From an uncultured Desulfospira sp. (GTDB taxonomy: Bacteria; Desulfobacterota; Desulfobacteria; Desulfobacterales; Desulfobacteraceae), in NCBI GenBank assembly GCA_963663165.1, contig OY760175.1, forward strand, positions 4,128,001 to 4,192,000: a stretch of DNA of 64,000 nucleotides. The letters are read 5' to 3'. Both the position numbers and the translations under genes were made by a program. Of this stretch, positions 20,014 through 30,210 are shown piece after piece. Below the pieces are notes generated by a model that worked only from the letters and a program-made list of their open reading frames with translations, did no database searches and was not told where the DNA came from. The number at the start of each line of letters is the position of its first letter. Positions within the stretch are counted from its first letter, which is position 1.

Positions 20014-22801
20014 TGTCCAGAATCTTACGGATAATGACGGCAAAGTCCTTTAGTTTGACCGGTTTCATGACAAAGGCCCTGACGGCCTGGTCTTTATCCC
20101 TGTCAAGGCCGGCCCCCTCACTGTATCCCGTACACAGGATCACCGGGATATCCGGCCTGATCCGGACCAGCTCCCTGGCCAGAACATCGCCGGTCATACC
20201 GGGCATGCTGTAATCGGTCACCACCATGTCAAATCGTTTGGGCGACCCTTTAAAGGTTTCAATGGCTTCCCCGGCAGAGGCCCTGGCCGTGACCTGGTAT
20301 CCCAAAAGCTCAAGGATCTGCCGTTCCACAAAAAGCACATTGGGCTGGTCATCCACCAGAAGGATCTGTTCATTTCCCTTCTTGATTTTAATGGGCCGGG
20401 TGGTGGGGGCTTCCCCGGGACTTGGCTTGACCACCGGGAAATATACCTTAAAGGTTGTCCCGATTTCCGGCCGGCTTTCCACCCGGATATCCCCGCCGTG
20501 GTGCTGGACAATACCCTTGATGACCGCCAGGCCAAGGCCGGTATTTTTTCCCCGGGTCTTGGTGGTGAAGTAAGGGTCAAATATTTTTTCCATGACATGG
20601 CCGTCCATGCCCACCCCGGTATCAGATACAGAATAACACAGATAGGTGCCCGGTTTAAGGTCCTTGTTTTCCGGCCCGGGGTCTTCCGTAATATTCACCT
20701 GTTTAAGGCTGATCCCTAAGGTGCCGCCGGTCTCTTCCATGGCCTGGAAGGCATTGGTCATCAGGTTTAAGGCCACCTGGTGAATCTGGGTGGCGTCGGC
20801 CAGGATCGGACCGCATGCCATATCAATATCCTGCCGGATCACAATGGACGGGGGCAGGGAGACTTTTATGAGATGGCAGGCCTCAAGGACAATATCCTGG
20901 ATCTTTAACGGCTTGAACTGCCCGGATTCCTGGAAGCTGAAGGTTAAAATCTGGCGGACCAGGTCACTGGCCCGGTCCCCTGCGGCGGTAATGGATTCCA
21001 GATATTTCAGCCCTTCTTTGTTCAGGCCGCCGGATTCCCTGAGCAGATCGGTATAGCCCACCATGCTGGATAAAATATTGTTAAAATCATGGGCGATCCC
21101 CCCGGCCAGGGTCCCGATGGATTCCATTTTCTGGGCATGCTGCAGCTGTTCCAGAATGTCCATTTTTTCCTGCTCCAGGGCTTTTCTGGCCGAAATGTCC
21201 CGGATAACCGAGATCAGATAGGGTTTGTCCTCAACCTGAATGTCGACCATGGACAGTTCTGCGGCAATGGTCTCTCCGTCCTTGCGGATAATGTTCAATT
21301 CAATATTTTCGCCCGGTATTTCCCGTTTTTTAAAGAGGGCATACAAGCTGGAATGATCCGAGTCCTGGTGTTTCCGGAACGGGACAAGGTCAAAAATATT
21401 CTTCTGGGCCACTTCACGGGCATCATATCCAAAAAGCTGCTGGGCCGCCGCATTCCAATAATAAACCTTTTCATCATCCCCCACCATGACAATGGCTTCT
21501 CTGGCCGTGTCGGTAATGGCTCTGTTGAACCGTTCTTTTTGTTCCAGCTCCTGTTTAAATGCGATGATGGACTGCTTCATCTCATAAAAGGTGTCTGCCG
21601 TTCTCTGGATCTGGTGAAAGGCGGACCGGATCCGTGGCAGGGAAGCATAATCATGGTTTTTAATCTTTTCAGCTTCCTCGTGAAGTTGGGAAATGGGCCG
21701 GATAAATTTTCCGGCCATGAACAGCCCTAAGATTGTGGCCAGGATGGAAAAGGACAGGGTCAGAAAAAGGGTCAGGTGCTGGTTGGCAATAATTTCACTG
21801 AAATAGTCCTTTTTGGGGATATAAACCCCGATGAGCCAGGAGATTCTTTTCTCGTGAACCGGGGCAAACATGGTGAAATAGGTCTGATTTTCAAACTCAA
21901 AGCTTGCAAAGACCACCTGCCCTTTACCATGGCCGCCCGTTTGCTGCAGCTCCGATTTCACGGCCTCATAGGCCATGGAACATAATTTGTTGTCCAGTTC
22001 CGTTACTTTGGGCAGCCGGATTTTTTCATCCGGCTTTTCATACTTGAGCTGTTCAAGGTCGGGATAGGCAATGACATCCCGGTTCTGGTTGACCATAAAG
22101 GCAAGGCCGGTTTTTCCCACCCGGAGCTTTCCGATAAAGTTGGAAAGGGCATCCAGCTCAATATCAACCCCCACCACACCGGCAAGGCTGCCGTCTGGTG
22201 CGGTGATGGGCCCGGCCGCCGTAATCCCCGGCTTATGGGAGGTAAAAAAAACATAGGGATCTGTCCAGATGATCTCGTTCTGCCGGACCGCTTTGATATA
22301 CCAGGGCCGGACCCGGGGATCGTAGGCATCTTCAGGGGTCGTCCACTGTTTTAAAAGGGTCATGTCCCTGTCCCGCCGGGTCAGGTTTACGGTTCTTTTA
22401 GGGCCGGTGCAGTCTATGATTTTGGTTTTGTAACCATCCCCGTCACGGTGGACAAAATAAAAACTGCCGTCGGGCCTGGCAAAATAGATCCCGGAAAACT
22501 GGGGATAAATTTCAAGCTGTTCAATAAAATAACGCTCCAGGCTTTCCCGGCCCTGGGTCTCTATATTGATGACCGAAGAGGAAATCAGCCGTTTGGTCAG
22601 GTTGGCGGCTCCGCCGGCAATGGACAGAAAGTTAAGGGTCTCTTCCAGGGTCAGGTCACAGATGTTCTCCATGATATCCCGGGTATGCCGGAGCATGACT
22701 TTCCGGTTGGAGAAATAAGATATGGGCGTCACCAGGAGCTGGGTGGCCCATACCAGCCCAAGACAACTCAAGATCACCGCCCAGCGTATGGATATTTTCA
22801 A
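20006..22801 (-). CDS. Hybrid sensor histidine kinase (Cache-HAMP-PAS-HisKA-HATPase-REC)
   Basis: YDPRVRPWY, IAHDFNN, GLGL, C-terminal receiver. Confidence 0.9.
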   Translation of the reverse strand: MKISIRWAVILSCLGLVWATQLLVTPISYFSNRKVMLRHTRDIMENICDLTLEETLNFLSIAGGAANLTKRLISSSVINIETQGRESLERYFIEQLEIYPQFSGIYFARPDGSFYFVHRDGDGYKTKIIDCTGPKRTVNLTRRDRDMTLLKQWTTPEDAYDPRVRPWYIKAVRQNEIIWTDPYVFFTSHKPGITAAGPITAPDGSLAGVVGVDIELDALSNFIGKLRVGKTGLAFMVNQNRDVIAYPDLEQLKYEKPDEKIRLPKVTELDNKLCSMAYEAVKSELQQTGGHGKGQVVFASFEFENQTYFTMFAPVHEKRISWLIGVYIPKKDYFSEIIANQHLTLFLTLSFSILATILGLFMAGKFIRPISQLHEEAEKIKNHDYASLPRIRSAFHQIQRTADTFYEMKQSIIAFKQELEQKERFNRAITDTAREAIVMVGDDEKVYYWNAAAQQLFGYDAREVAQKNIFDLVPFRKHQDSDHSSLYALFKKREIPGENIELNIIRKDGETIAAELSMVDIQVEDKPYLISVIRDISARKALEQEKMDILEQLQHAQKMESIGTLAGGIAHDFNNILSSMVGYTDLLRESGGLNKEGLKYLESITAAGDRASDLVRQILTFSFQESGQFKPLKIQDIVLEACHLIKVSLPPSIVIRQDIDMACGPILADATQIHQVALNLMTNAFQAMEETGGTLGISLKQVNITEDPGPENKDLKPGTYLCYSVSDTGVGMDGHVMEKIFDPYFTTKTRGKNTGLGLAVIKGIVQHHGGDIRVESRPEIGTTFKVYFPVVKPSPGEAPTTRPIKIKKGNEQILLVDDQPNVLFVERQILELLGYQVTARASAGEAIETFKGSPKRFDMVVTDYSMPGMTGDVLARELVRIRPDIPVILCTGYSEGAGLDRDKDQAVRAFVMKPVKLKDFAVIIRKILDNE

Positions 22802-22859
22802 AACACCTCCGGTTCATTGGCAATTGAGCCCAATCTATAGCGGTCCTGAAGGGCTATTG

Positions 22860-24419
22860 TCAAGGATCAGGAAATGCTAAATTTTCAATGAACCGTTCCT
22901 GAAAGGCAAGGTTGGTTTCAAGACTGACGATTTCGAGCTGGTCCGCCATTTTCCGGGCATCATCAACATAGGCGTTGTCACACAGGACCATCACGGCACC
23001 GGAGCCTGCGGCATTGCCCAGGGTAATGATTTTTTCTTCATCCATATCCGGTAAAAGCCCTAAGCGGATCAGGTCCTTTTTGTTCAGGTGGGTCCCAAAG
23101 GCACCGGCAATTAAAATGGATTCAGGGGTCTTGAATCCGGCTTTTTCACAGAGGAACTCTATGCCCGAAATCAGGGCGGATTTGCCCAACTGGACAGACC
23201 GGATGTCTTTCTGGCTGATGATAACGCCCGGCCGGCCCGCTGCCGGGTCTTTGGGCACAAGGGTGTATTCTGTTTCCTCATCGGCAAACCGGCCGCTGGG
23301 ATCAATGATTCCGTGGTCGCACATCTGGGCAATGGCATTGAGGACGCCTGAGCCGCAGATTCCGGCCGGCGGGACAGCCGGGCCGGATTCGGCCTGGATC
23401 AGGGTCAGGTTTTCGATCTGGCTGTTTTGGCCCAGGGTCACCGAGTTGATGGCGCCCGGAATAGCCTGCATGCCGCAGTCAAGGGTGGCCCCCTCAAATG
23501 CCGGTCCTGTGGCGCATGAGGTGGCAAAAAACCGGTCTTTTCCTTTAATTATCAGCTCGCCGTTGGTGCCAAGGTCCACCAGCAGGGTGCCGGCCGGCAG
23601 GGTTTCAAGGTCTGCGGCAATGGCCGCAGCCAGGATATCCCCGCCGATAAATCCCGACACCTGGGGCAGGGTCTGAACCGGGCAGAGAATGGATTTGAAC
23701 CCAAGGTCCTTGGCGTCAAATTCCATGGCCTGGTGAAAGGCGGGCTGGTACGGGGCCACCCCGATGGGTTGCGGATCAACCCCGGCCAGGATGTGGATCA
23801 TGGTCGGATTGCCCACAACCGCCATCCGGTCAATGGAAACCGATGCATCGTTCATGGCGGCTGTCAGCTGGGCTACGCCCCATTCAATGCTTTTAACCAC
23901 CAGGGCCTGAAGGTTTTCAAGGTTTTTGGGGTCCTGGCCGATGACGCCGATCCGGTTCATGACATCATCCCCGTAAATGGCCTGGGGATTTTTCACGGCC
24001 AGAGATCCAATGACCTCGCCTTTTAAGGTATTGCAAAGGTACACCGCGATGGTGGTGGTGCCCAGGTCCACCGCCACCCCATAGGTGTCCGGGCCATGGG
24101 CATCGACAAACCGGCCGGTAAATCCTTTGGGGAAAAAAATGGGGGCCTTGCTCATGATGTGGGAGGAGAGCATGGACGTCTCGGGAATGCGGATACTGAT
24201 GTCGCCTTCCACCCGGAAAGTGCAGGAATGAACGCTTTCAAATTGGTCCCCGGACGTGGAAAGGTCGACCCGGCACTTGCCGCACCGCCCCTTTGCCCCG
24301 CAGTCGGTTCTCAAAAAAATGCTGTGGTGAATCAACGCCTCTAAAAGGGTCTGGCCCTTTTCTGCGTGAAGTTGTCTTTTGTGGGGAAGAATGGTGATAA
24401 CTGCCTGGTTGCTGCCCAT
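22860..24419 (-). CDS. ASKHA/DUF4445 [2Fe-2S] reductive activator of corrinoid proteins
   Basis: CGAKGRCGKC, DLGTTT, DLGTNGE, GPAFEG, GICGSG. Confidence 0.85.
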   Translation of the reverse strand: MGSNQAVITILPHKRQLHAEKGQTLLEALIHHSIFLRTDCGAKGRCGKCRVDLSTSGDQFESVHSCTFRVEGDISIRIPETSMLSSHIMSKAPIFFPKGFTGRFVDAHGPDTYGVAVDLGTTTIAVYLCNTLKGEVIGSLAVKNPQAIYGDDVMNRIGVIGQDPKNLENLQALVVKSIEWGVAQLTAAMNDASVSIDRMAVVGNPTMIHILAGVDPQPIGVAPYQPAFHQAMEFDAKDLGFKSILCPVQTLPQVSGFIGGDILAAAIAADLETLPAGTLLVDLGTNGELIIKGKDRFFATSCATGPAFEGATLDCGMQAIPGAINSVTLGQNSQIENLTLIQAESGPAVPPAGICGSGVLNAIAQMCDHGIIDPSGRFADEETEYTLVPKDPAAGRPGVIISQKDIRSVQLGKSALISGIEFLCEKAGFKTPESILIAGAFGTHLNKKDLIRLGLLPDMDEEKIITLGNAAGSGAVMVLCDNAYVDDARKMADQLEIVSLETNLAFQERFIENLAFPDP

Positions 24420-24533
24420 AATCGTTTCCTTAAGTCAAATCTGGTGGATTATAGGGACTTATCAACTGATCCGCAACAATTAACCAAATTATATGAGGTA
24501 TTCTTCCTTTAAGTCCGGAAAGAAAACGAGTAC

Positions 24534-24596
24534 GGGGTCAAACCTTGATTATAGCATTTTGAAACAATCAAAATGCTATAATCAAGGTTTGACCCC
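24534..24596. repeat. Perfect 29-bp inverted repeat (REP/REPIN-like)
   Basis: GGGGTCAAACCTTGATTATAGCATTTTGA-aacaa-reverse complement. Confidence 0.9.
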
Positions 24597-24618
24597 CAAG
24601 GTTGTGGAAAAAAAGTGC

Positions 24619-24649
24619 TTGACCCGTCTACCGGTTTATACCTTAGAAC
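24619..24649 (+). promoter_or_regulatory. Candidate MerR-type promoter (19-bp spacer)
   Basis: TTGACC-19 nt-TAGAAC upstream of the small ORF and merR. Confidence 0.5.
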
Positions 24650-24703
24650 GGTTCTTGTCATGGCCGTGGCGCAAAATTAAACCTGATAATAAAGGAGCAA
24701 ACC

Positions 24704-24889
24704 ATGCCCCATCAATTGACCAAAGAAAACTGGATTGATATGTTCAGGCAGATTGGCCTGACCGAGGATCAAATGAAGAAATGGCACCAGATTTTTGAAA
24801 AAAACCACCCTGAGGGACATGAGGCTTTTCTCTCATGGCTGAAGATTTCTCCCGAAGAGATCACCAGGATCCGGGATAACAGCAAATAA
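24704..24889 (+). CDS. Small protein homologous to the C-terminal domain of the adjacent MerR regulator
   Basis: KExW...G.....MxKWHxxFE...PxxHxxFL pattern shared with 24935-25513; RBS AAGGAG. Confidence 0.8.
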   Translation: MPHQLTKENWIDMFRQIGLTEDQMKKWHQIFEKNHPEGHEAFLSWLKISPEEITRIRDNSK

Positions 24890-24934
24890 ACCAAAAAGTG
24901 GCGGCGGCCCCGGCGGCCGCCGTTTTTTTAAAAA

Positions 24935-25513
24935 ATGAAAACCTATTCCATTTCCCGGCTGGCCGGGTTGTTCGGCCTTTCACGAAGTACCCTGCTTTAC
25001 TATGACCGCATTGGCCTTTTAAGCCCCTCGGACAGGTCGGCAGCGGGTTACCGCATTTATACGCAGGAAGACCATGACAGGCTTGAGCGAATCTGCACCT
25101 TTCGCCATACAGGGGTGGCCCTGGCGGATATAAAAAAACTGCTGGCCTCAGGTAAGCCCCCAAGCGTAACGATACTTGAGAACCGGCTGCGGGAAATCGG
25201 GCAGCAGGTCTCAGACTTACGAAATCAGCAGCAGGCCATAATCCGTTTGCTCCAAGAAATGATCAGCAACGTTTACGGGCCTGTTATTGACAAGGAGATG
25301 TGGGTGAAAATGTTGGCGGCCGCAGGCATGGACGAGCCGGCCATGATGAAATGGCATGCGGAATTTGAATCCCGGTCTCCGGCGGCCCACCATGACTTTT
25401 TGCTGTCCCTGGGGATACCAAAGACTGAGGCACTGGAGATTCAAAACTGGTCGCGGCAGCTCATGGAAAAGGGCTTATCAACTGATCTGCAACAAATTAA
25501 CCCAGGTATATGA
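24935..25513 (+). CDS. MerR family regulator
   Basis: TLLYYDRIGLL and GYRIY. Confidence 0.9.
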   Translation: MKTYSISRLAGLFGLSRSTLLYYDRIGLLSPSDRSAAGYRIYTQEDHDRLERICTFRHTGVALADIKKLLASGKPPSVTILENRLREIGQQVSDLRNQQQAIIRLLQEMISNVYGPVIDKEMWVKMLAAAGMDEPAMMKWHAEFESRSPAAHHDFLLSLGIPKTEALEIQNWSRQLMEKGLSTDLQQINPGI

Positions 25514-25592
25514 GGTATTCTTCCTTTAAATCCGGAAAGAAAACGTGGTAATTTTATCCATAGGTTTCTAACCCTGTTTAACCCGCATATAA

Positions 25593-25654
25593 ACCTTAAA
25601 GACCTTAAGGTCATTAGCGTCCTTAACGCCCTTAAGGTCTTTAACGTCTTTAAG
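25593..25654 (+). repeat. 9-bp tandem repeat (CCTTAAnGn) upstream of four-helix-bundle gene
   Basis: About seven units; inverted remnant at 26219-26238. Confidence 0.75.
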
Positions 25655-25665
25655 GAGAGCCTCTC

Positions 25666-26223
25666 ATGAAGGAAGAACTCATCCCCAGAAAAGGCAACTA
25701 TAAAAAACTGATCAGCTATCAAAAAGCCGAGACAATTTATGATATAACCTTTTACTTTTGTAAAAAGTTTCTTCGGAGGGGGGATCGCACCATTGATCAG
25801 ATGGTACAGGCAGCCCGTTCGGGTAAACAAAATATTGCGGAGGGTTCTGCTGCTTCTGCCACATCCAGTGAGATGGAGATCAAACTTGTAAGTGTTGCCA
25901 AAGCCAGTCTGCAGGAACTGCTTATTGATTATGAAGACTACCTGCGGACACGTGAACACCGGCAGTGGGAGGCGGATTCCAGGGAATTGAACGTCATGCG
26001 GAAGCTGGGGCGTGAACACAACGATACGGCCTTTTTCATGGAGATGGTCAAAACCCGCCCACCGGAGACGATTGCCAATATGGCGATTGTACTGATTAAG
26101 CAAACGGATTACCTGCTTTTTAAGCAACTCAAGGCACTGGAAGAGGCTTTTCTGAAAGACGGTGGTATGCGGGAGAAAATGACCCGCATGAGAATAGCGG
26201 CTCGGAAAAGGAACCGGCCTTAA
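25666..26223 (+). CDS. Four helix bundle (IVP/Avd-like) protein with suffix domain
   Basis: DQMVQAARSGKQNIAEG and FLKDGGMREKM. Confidence 0.9.
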   Translation: MKEELIPRKGNYKKLISYQKAETIYDITFYFCKKFLRRGDRTIDQMVQAARSGKQNIAEGSAASATSSEMEIKLVSVAKASLQELLIDYEDYLRTREHRQWEADSRELNVMRKLGREHNDTAFFMEMVKTRPPETIANMAIVLIKQTDYLLFKQLKALEEAFLKDGGMREKMTRMRIAARKRNRP

Positions 26224-26525
26224 GGGCGTTAATGACGTCTGCTGTGTTGCCGGAAAATTTGCATCTGGGCAGATTTTCGCCCAACCACGGGTTTTCGTTC
26301 AGACTTTGGGTAAAGAAAAAACAACCTCCCGCCATTGAGCCGGCGATCAAAAAAGCCGGGGTAATCCTTTTTATCAAAAAAAACATTTGACAAAATTATT
26401 TCATTAAATATAGATTGGTGAAAAAGTAGACTGAGCGCTCGATCGGTTTTTCATTTTGACGGGCATTCACCGTTGAACCCTTGACTGGAAAATATCTTTA
26501 ACCATTTAAAAACAAGGAGGCCAGG

Positions 26526-27674
26526 GTGGATTTTGACCTAACCAAAGAGCAGGAAATGATTCGTAAGGAAGTCAGGAAGTTTGCCCAAAAGGAGATTGCT
26601 CCCATCGCGGCAGAGCTTGACGAAAAAGAAGAATTTTCCGTGGAACTGACCAAGAAAATGGGCGAAATCGGCCTTTTCGGCATGTTTGTCTCAGACAAAT
26701 ACGAGGGCCAGGCAATGGACTATACGTCCTATATCATTGCCGTGGAGGAAATTGCCCGCATTGACGGATCCCAGGCAGCCACCGTTGCGGCGGGAAACTC
26801 CCTGGGGATCGGTCCGCTGTATTATTTTGGTACAGAAGAACAGAAACAAAAGTACCTGCCCAAACTTTGCGCCGGCGAAGGGTTGTGGGGATTCGGCCTG
26901 ACCGAGCCCACAGCCGGTTCCGATGCCGGCGGTTCCAAAACCACGGCCGTGCTGGACGGGAACGAATGGGTGATTAACGGGTCCAAGATTTTTATCACCA
27001 ATGCGGCCTGTGAAATGACCATGGGGGTTACGGTTCAGTGCGTTACCGGCACCCGGGACAACGGCAAGCCCGAGTATACCTGCATTATTGTTGAACCCGG
27101 CACTCCGGGATTCAAGGCGGTTCCCATGCACAAAAAAATGATGTGGCGGGCCTCCAACACCGCAGAGCTCTACTTTGACAATGTCCGGGTTCCCAAGGAA
27201 AACATGCTGGGCAAAAAAGGGGACGGATTTCATCAGATGCTGGCCACCTTGGACGGGGGACGACTTTCCATCGGCGCCATGGGGCTTGGCGGAGCCCAGG
27301 GGGCCTACGACATCGCCTTAAAATATGCCAAGGAAAGACATCAGTTCAACCAGCCCATATCCAAGTTTCAAGCCATTGCCTTTAAGTTAGCCGATTGCGC
27401 CATGGAAATTGAATGTGCCCGGAACCTGCTTTACAAGGCCTGCTGGCTGAGAACCAACAAGCGGCCTTTCCAGAAAGAAGCGGCCATGGGCAAGCTGTAC
27501 TGCTCCGAACTTATGGGCCGGGTCGCCAACCACGCGGTTCAGATTCACGGCGGGTACGGACTCATGAAAGAGTATGCGGCAGAACGGTTCTACCGGGATC
27601 AGAAACTGCTGGATATCGGGGAAGGCACCTCAGAGGTCCAGAGACTGGTCATTTCAAGATACATTGGATGCTAA
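26526..27674 (+). CDS. Acyl-CoA dehydrogenase (isovaleryl-CoA-like by context)
   Basis: LTEPTAGSD, NGSKIFITN, IGEGTSEVQR. Confidence 0.9.
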   Translation: MDFDLTKEQEMIRKEVRKFAQKEIAPIAAELDEKEEFSVELTKKMGEIGLFGMFVSDKYEGQAMDYTSYIIAVEEIARIDGSQAATVAAGNSLGIGPLYYFGTEEQKQKYLPKLCAGEGLWGFGLTEPTAGSDAGGSKTTAVLDGNEWVINGSKIFITNAACEMTMGVTVQCVTGTRDNGKPEYTCIIVEPGTPGFKAVPMHKKMMWRASNTAELYFDNVRVPKENMLGKKGDGFHQMLATLDGGRLSIGAMGLGGAQGAYDIALKYAKERHQFNQPISKFQAIAFKLADCAMEIECARNLLYKACWLRTNKRPFQKEAAMGKLYCSELMGRVANHAVQIHGGYGLMKEYAAERFYRDQKLLDIGEGTSEVQRLVISRYIGC

Positions 27675-27690
27675 CGGGAGAGCGTAAACC

Positions 27691-28476
27691 ATGAGTACCG
27701 AAGATCTGCTGTTAAAGGATGAACAAAACCAGGCCCTGATCCTGACCCTGAACCGGCCAACGGTCATGAACTGCCTTAACTTTGACCTGCTTTACGCCAT
27801 CCGGGACGAAATTGACGCCATCCAGTACCGTTCGGATATCCGTTGCGTCATCCTTACCGGGGCCGGGGAAAAGGCATTTTGTGCGGGGGCGGACTTAAAG
27901 GAAAGGGCCGGGCTTACGCCCAATGAGGTTAAAAAATTTATCCTGACTATCCGGAACCTTTTAACCTCTATTCAGAACCTGCCCATGCCGGTAATCTCAG
28001 CCGTTAACGGGATTGCGCTGGGGGGCGGCACTGAAGTGGCCCTGGCCTCTGACATCCGAATCGCCTCGGAAAATGCCACCATGGGGCTGACCGAAACAAG
28101 ACTGGCCATTATCCCGGGCGGGGGCGGCACCCAGCGGCTTCCCCGTGTGGTGGGCGTGGCCAAGGCCAAGGAACTGATCTTTACCGGCAGACGGGTGGGG
28201 GCGGCAGAGGCCTTAGACATCGGCTTGGTCAATCAGGTGGCATCTTCAGAAGGGCTCATGGATGCCTGCCTGGACATGGCCGCCATGATCGCCGAAACCG
28301 GTCCCATTGCCGTTGAAATGGCCAAATACGCCATTGACCGGGGAGTTGAAACCGATCTGGCCACCGGCCTTGCCATTGAATCCAATGCCTACCGGGTAAC
28401 CATCCCCACCGAGGACAGAACCGAGGGGCTGACCGCGTTCAGGGAAAAAAGAAAGCCCGTATACAAGGGGAGATAA
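27691..28476 (+). CDS. Enoyl-CoA hydratase (methylglutaconyl-CoA hydratase-like)
   Basis: AFCAGADLKER, GGGTE, PGGGGTQRL. Confidence 0.9.
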   Translation: MSTEDLLLKDEQNQALILTLNRPTVMNCLNFDLLYAIRDEIDAIQYRSDIRCVILTGAGEKAFCAGADLKERAGLTPNEVKKFILTIRNLLTSIQNLPMPVISAVNGIALGGGTEVALASDIRIASENATMGLTETRLAIIPGGGGTQRLPRVVGVAKAKELIFTGRRVGAAEALDIGLVNQVASSEGLMDACLDMAAMIAETGPIAVEMAKYAIDRGVETDLATGLAIESNAYRVTIPTEDRTEGLTAFREKRKPVYKGR

Positions 28477-28478
28477 AT

Positions 28479-30074
28479 GTGAACATGAGTGAAAACAGCT
28501 TATTCTGGACAAAAGAAGAGATCGGCCTGGAGGAGCGGCGGAACCAGGCCGTCTGGCCGGGTGGGGAAAAGGCGGTGGAACGGCTGGCCCAAAAAGGGAA
28601 AAAACCGGCCAGGGAACTGATTTCCCTGCTCGTTGATCCGGGCACCCCGTTTTATGAACTGTCCATGCTCGCCGGATTCGGTGTGGGATATCCCGGGGTG
28701 GAGGATGTGCCCTGTGCCGGGATCGTTACCGGCATCGGCAAGGTTCACGGCAATTGGACCATGATCATGGCCAATGACAGCCGGGTCAAGGCCGGAACCT
28801 ATTTCCCCATTACCCTGAAAAAGCACATGAGGGCCCAGGCCATCGCAGAAAAATGCGGCCTGAACTGCATTTATATAGCCGATTCCGGGGGGGCCTTTCT
28901 GCCCATGCAGGCCGAGGTGTTTCCGGATGACCAGCATTTCGGGTCTATCTTTTACAATATGGCCAGAATGTCGGCCATGGGCCTTCGCCAGGTGACCTTA
29001 AGCACCGGGGGAAACACGGCCGGCGGGGCATATATCGTGTTCATGGCCTGTGAGTCCATCATGATTGACCGGCAGTCTTTTTCCTTTTTAGGGGGACCGC
29101 CCCTGGTAAGGATGGCCACCGGCGAACAGATCAGCACCGAGGACTTGGGCGGTGCAAGGGTCCACACCCAGATTTCCGGCGGTGCCGACCACATGTGCCC
29201 GGACCAGACCACGGCCATTGCCAAGGTCCGGGAGCTGTTGTCCTTGACCGCGCCCCAGTCTGTCCACCTTCACCGGTACCCTCAAGAAGAGTCCAAGACC
29301 GGGCTGGATACCCTTTACGATATCCTGCCGCCGTCTCCCCATCAGGGAATCAATGCCCATGAAGTGCTCAAGGCCATTGCTGACGGGTCTGAATTTATCG
29401 AGGTCAAAAAGGATTTTGCACCGGGACGGGGCACCAATATCCTGACCGGGAAAATCCGGATCAAGGGATATCCGGTGGGGATCATCTGCTCCAACAACGC
29501 CGGCATCATCTTCCATGAAGCCGCCAGAAAAGTGACGGAATGGGTGGTCCGCTGTTCCTATGAAAAAATTCCCATCCTGTTTATTCAAAGTTCCCCGGGT
29601 TACATGGTGGGATCAGAGTCTGAACATGCCGGCATTGGAAAATACGGGGCCGATATGGTCCGGGCGGTCTCCTGTGCCCAGGTTCCCCGGATTCAGCTGG
29701 TGATCGGTCCGGACAACGGGGCCGCCAACTACGGCATGTGCGGCAGGGCTTACCGGCCCCACTTTCTGTTTTCCACCATGCGGTCCAGAACCAGCGTCAT
29801 GAGCGGGAAAAGCGCCGGCGGTGTACTGCTCTCCATTGAACAGGCCAAGAAAAAAGCCAAGGGCGAACAGATGAGCGTCGAAGAAATGGATGCTTTCAGG
29901 GAAAAGATGATCGCCAAGTATGACGGTGAGGCCCATCCCTTCTTCTGTGCGTCCCGGCTGCTCAATGACCGGGTATTGAAATTTTCAGAAATCAGGGACT
30001 GGCTTGCCATGGCCGTGGAGGTCAGCATGCTCAAGCCCGTGGAAGAGCCCCAGTTTGGTAACTTCAGATTTTAA
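28479..30074 (+). CDS. Acyl-CoA carboxyltransferase subunit (methylcrotonyl-CoA carboxylase beta-like)
   Basis: DSGGAFLP, TAGGAY, GAANYGMCGRAY. Confidence 0.85.
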   Translation: MNMSENSLFWTKEEIGLEERRNQAVWPGGEKAVERLAQKGKKPARELISLLVDPGTPFYELSMLAGFGVGYPGVEDVPCAGIVTGIGKVHGNWTMIMANDSRVKAGTYFPITLKKHMRAQAIAEKCGLNCIYIADSGGAFLPMQAEVFPDDQHFGSIFYNMARMSAMGLRQVTLSTGGNTAGGAYIVFMACESIMIDRQSFSFLGGPPLVRMATGEQISTEDLGGARVHTQISGGADHMCPDQTTAIAKVRELLSLTAPQSVHLHRYPQEESKTGLDTLYDILPPSPHQGINAHEVLKAIADGSEFIEVKKDFAPGRGTNILTGKIRIKGYPVGIICSNNAGIIFHEAARKVTEWVVRCSYEKIPILFIQSSPGYMVGSESEHAGIGKYGADMVRAVSCAQVPRIQLVIGPDNGAANYGMCGRAYRPHFLFSTMRSRTSVMSGKSAGGVLLSIEQAKKKAKGEQMSVEEMDAFREKMIAKYDGEAHPFFCASRLLNDRVLKFSEIRDWLAMAVEVSMLKPVEEPQFGNFRF

Positions 30075-30081
30075 GTAGAGG

Positions 30082-30190
30082 TGTTTAGGTAGATAGACTG
30101 AAGGCTGAAGGGTTATAAGGATAAAGCTTATTTTAGCCCAAACCCCTTCAGCCGAAAGACCTTCAGCCTAAACCCCTTCAGTCTAAACAG
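30082..30190. repeat. Inverted short tandem repeats (CTGAAGG / CCTTCAG)
   Basis: agactgaaggctgaagg ... ccttcagccgaaagaccttcagcctaaaccccttcagtct. Confidence 0.7.
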
Positions 30191-30210
30191 CTATTTTAAG
30201 GAGACATTGA

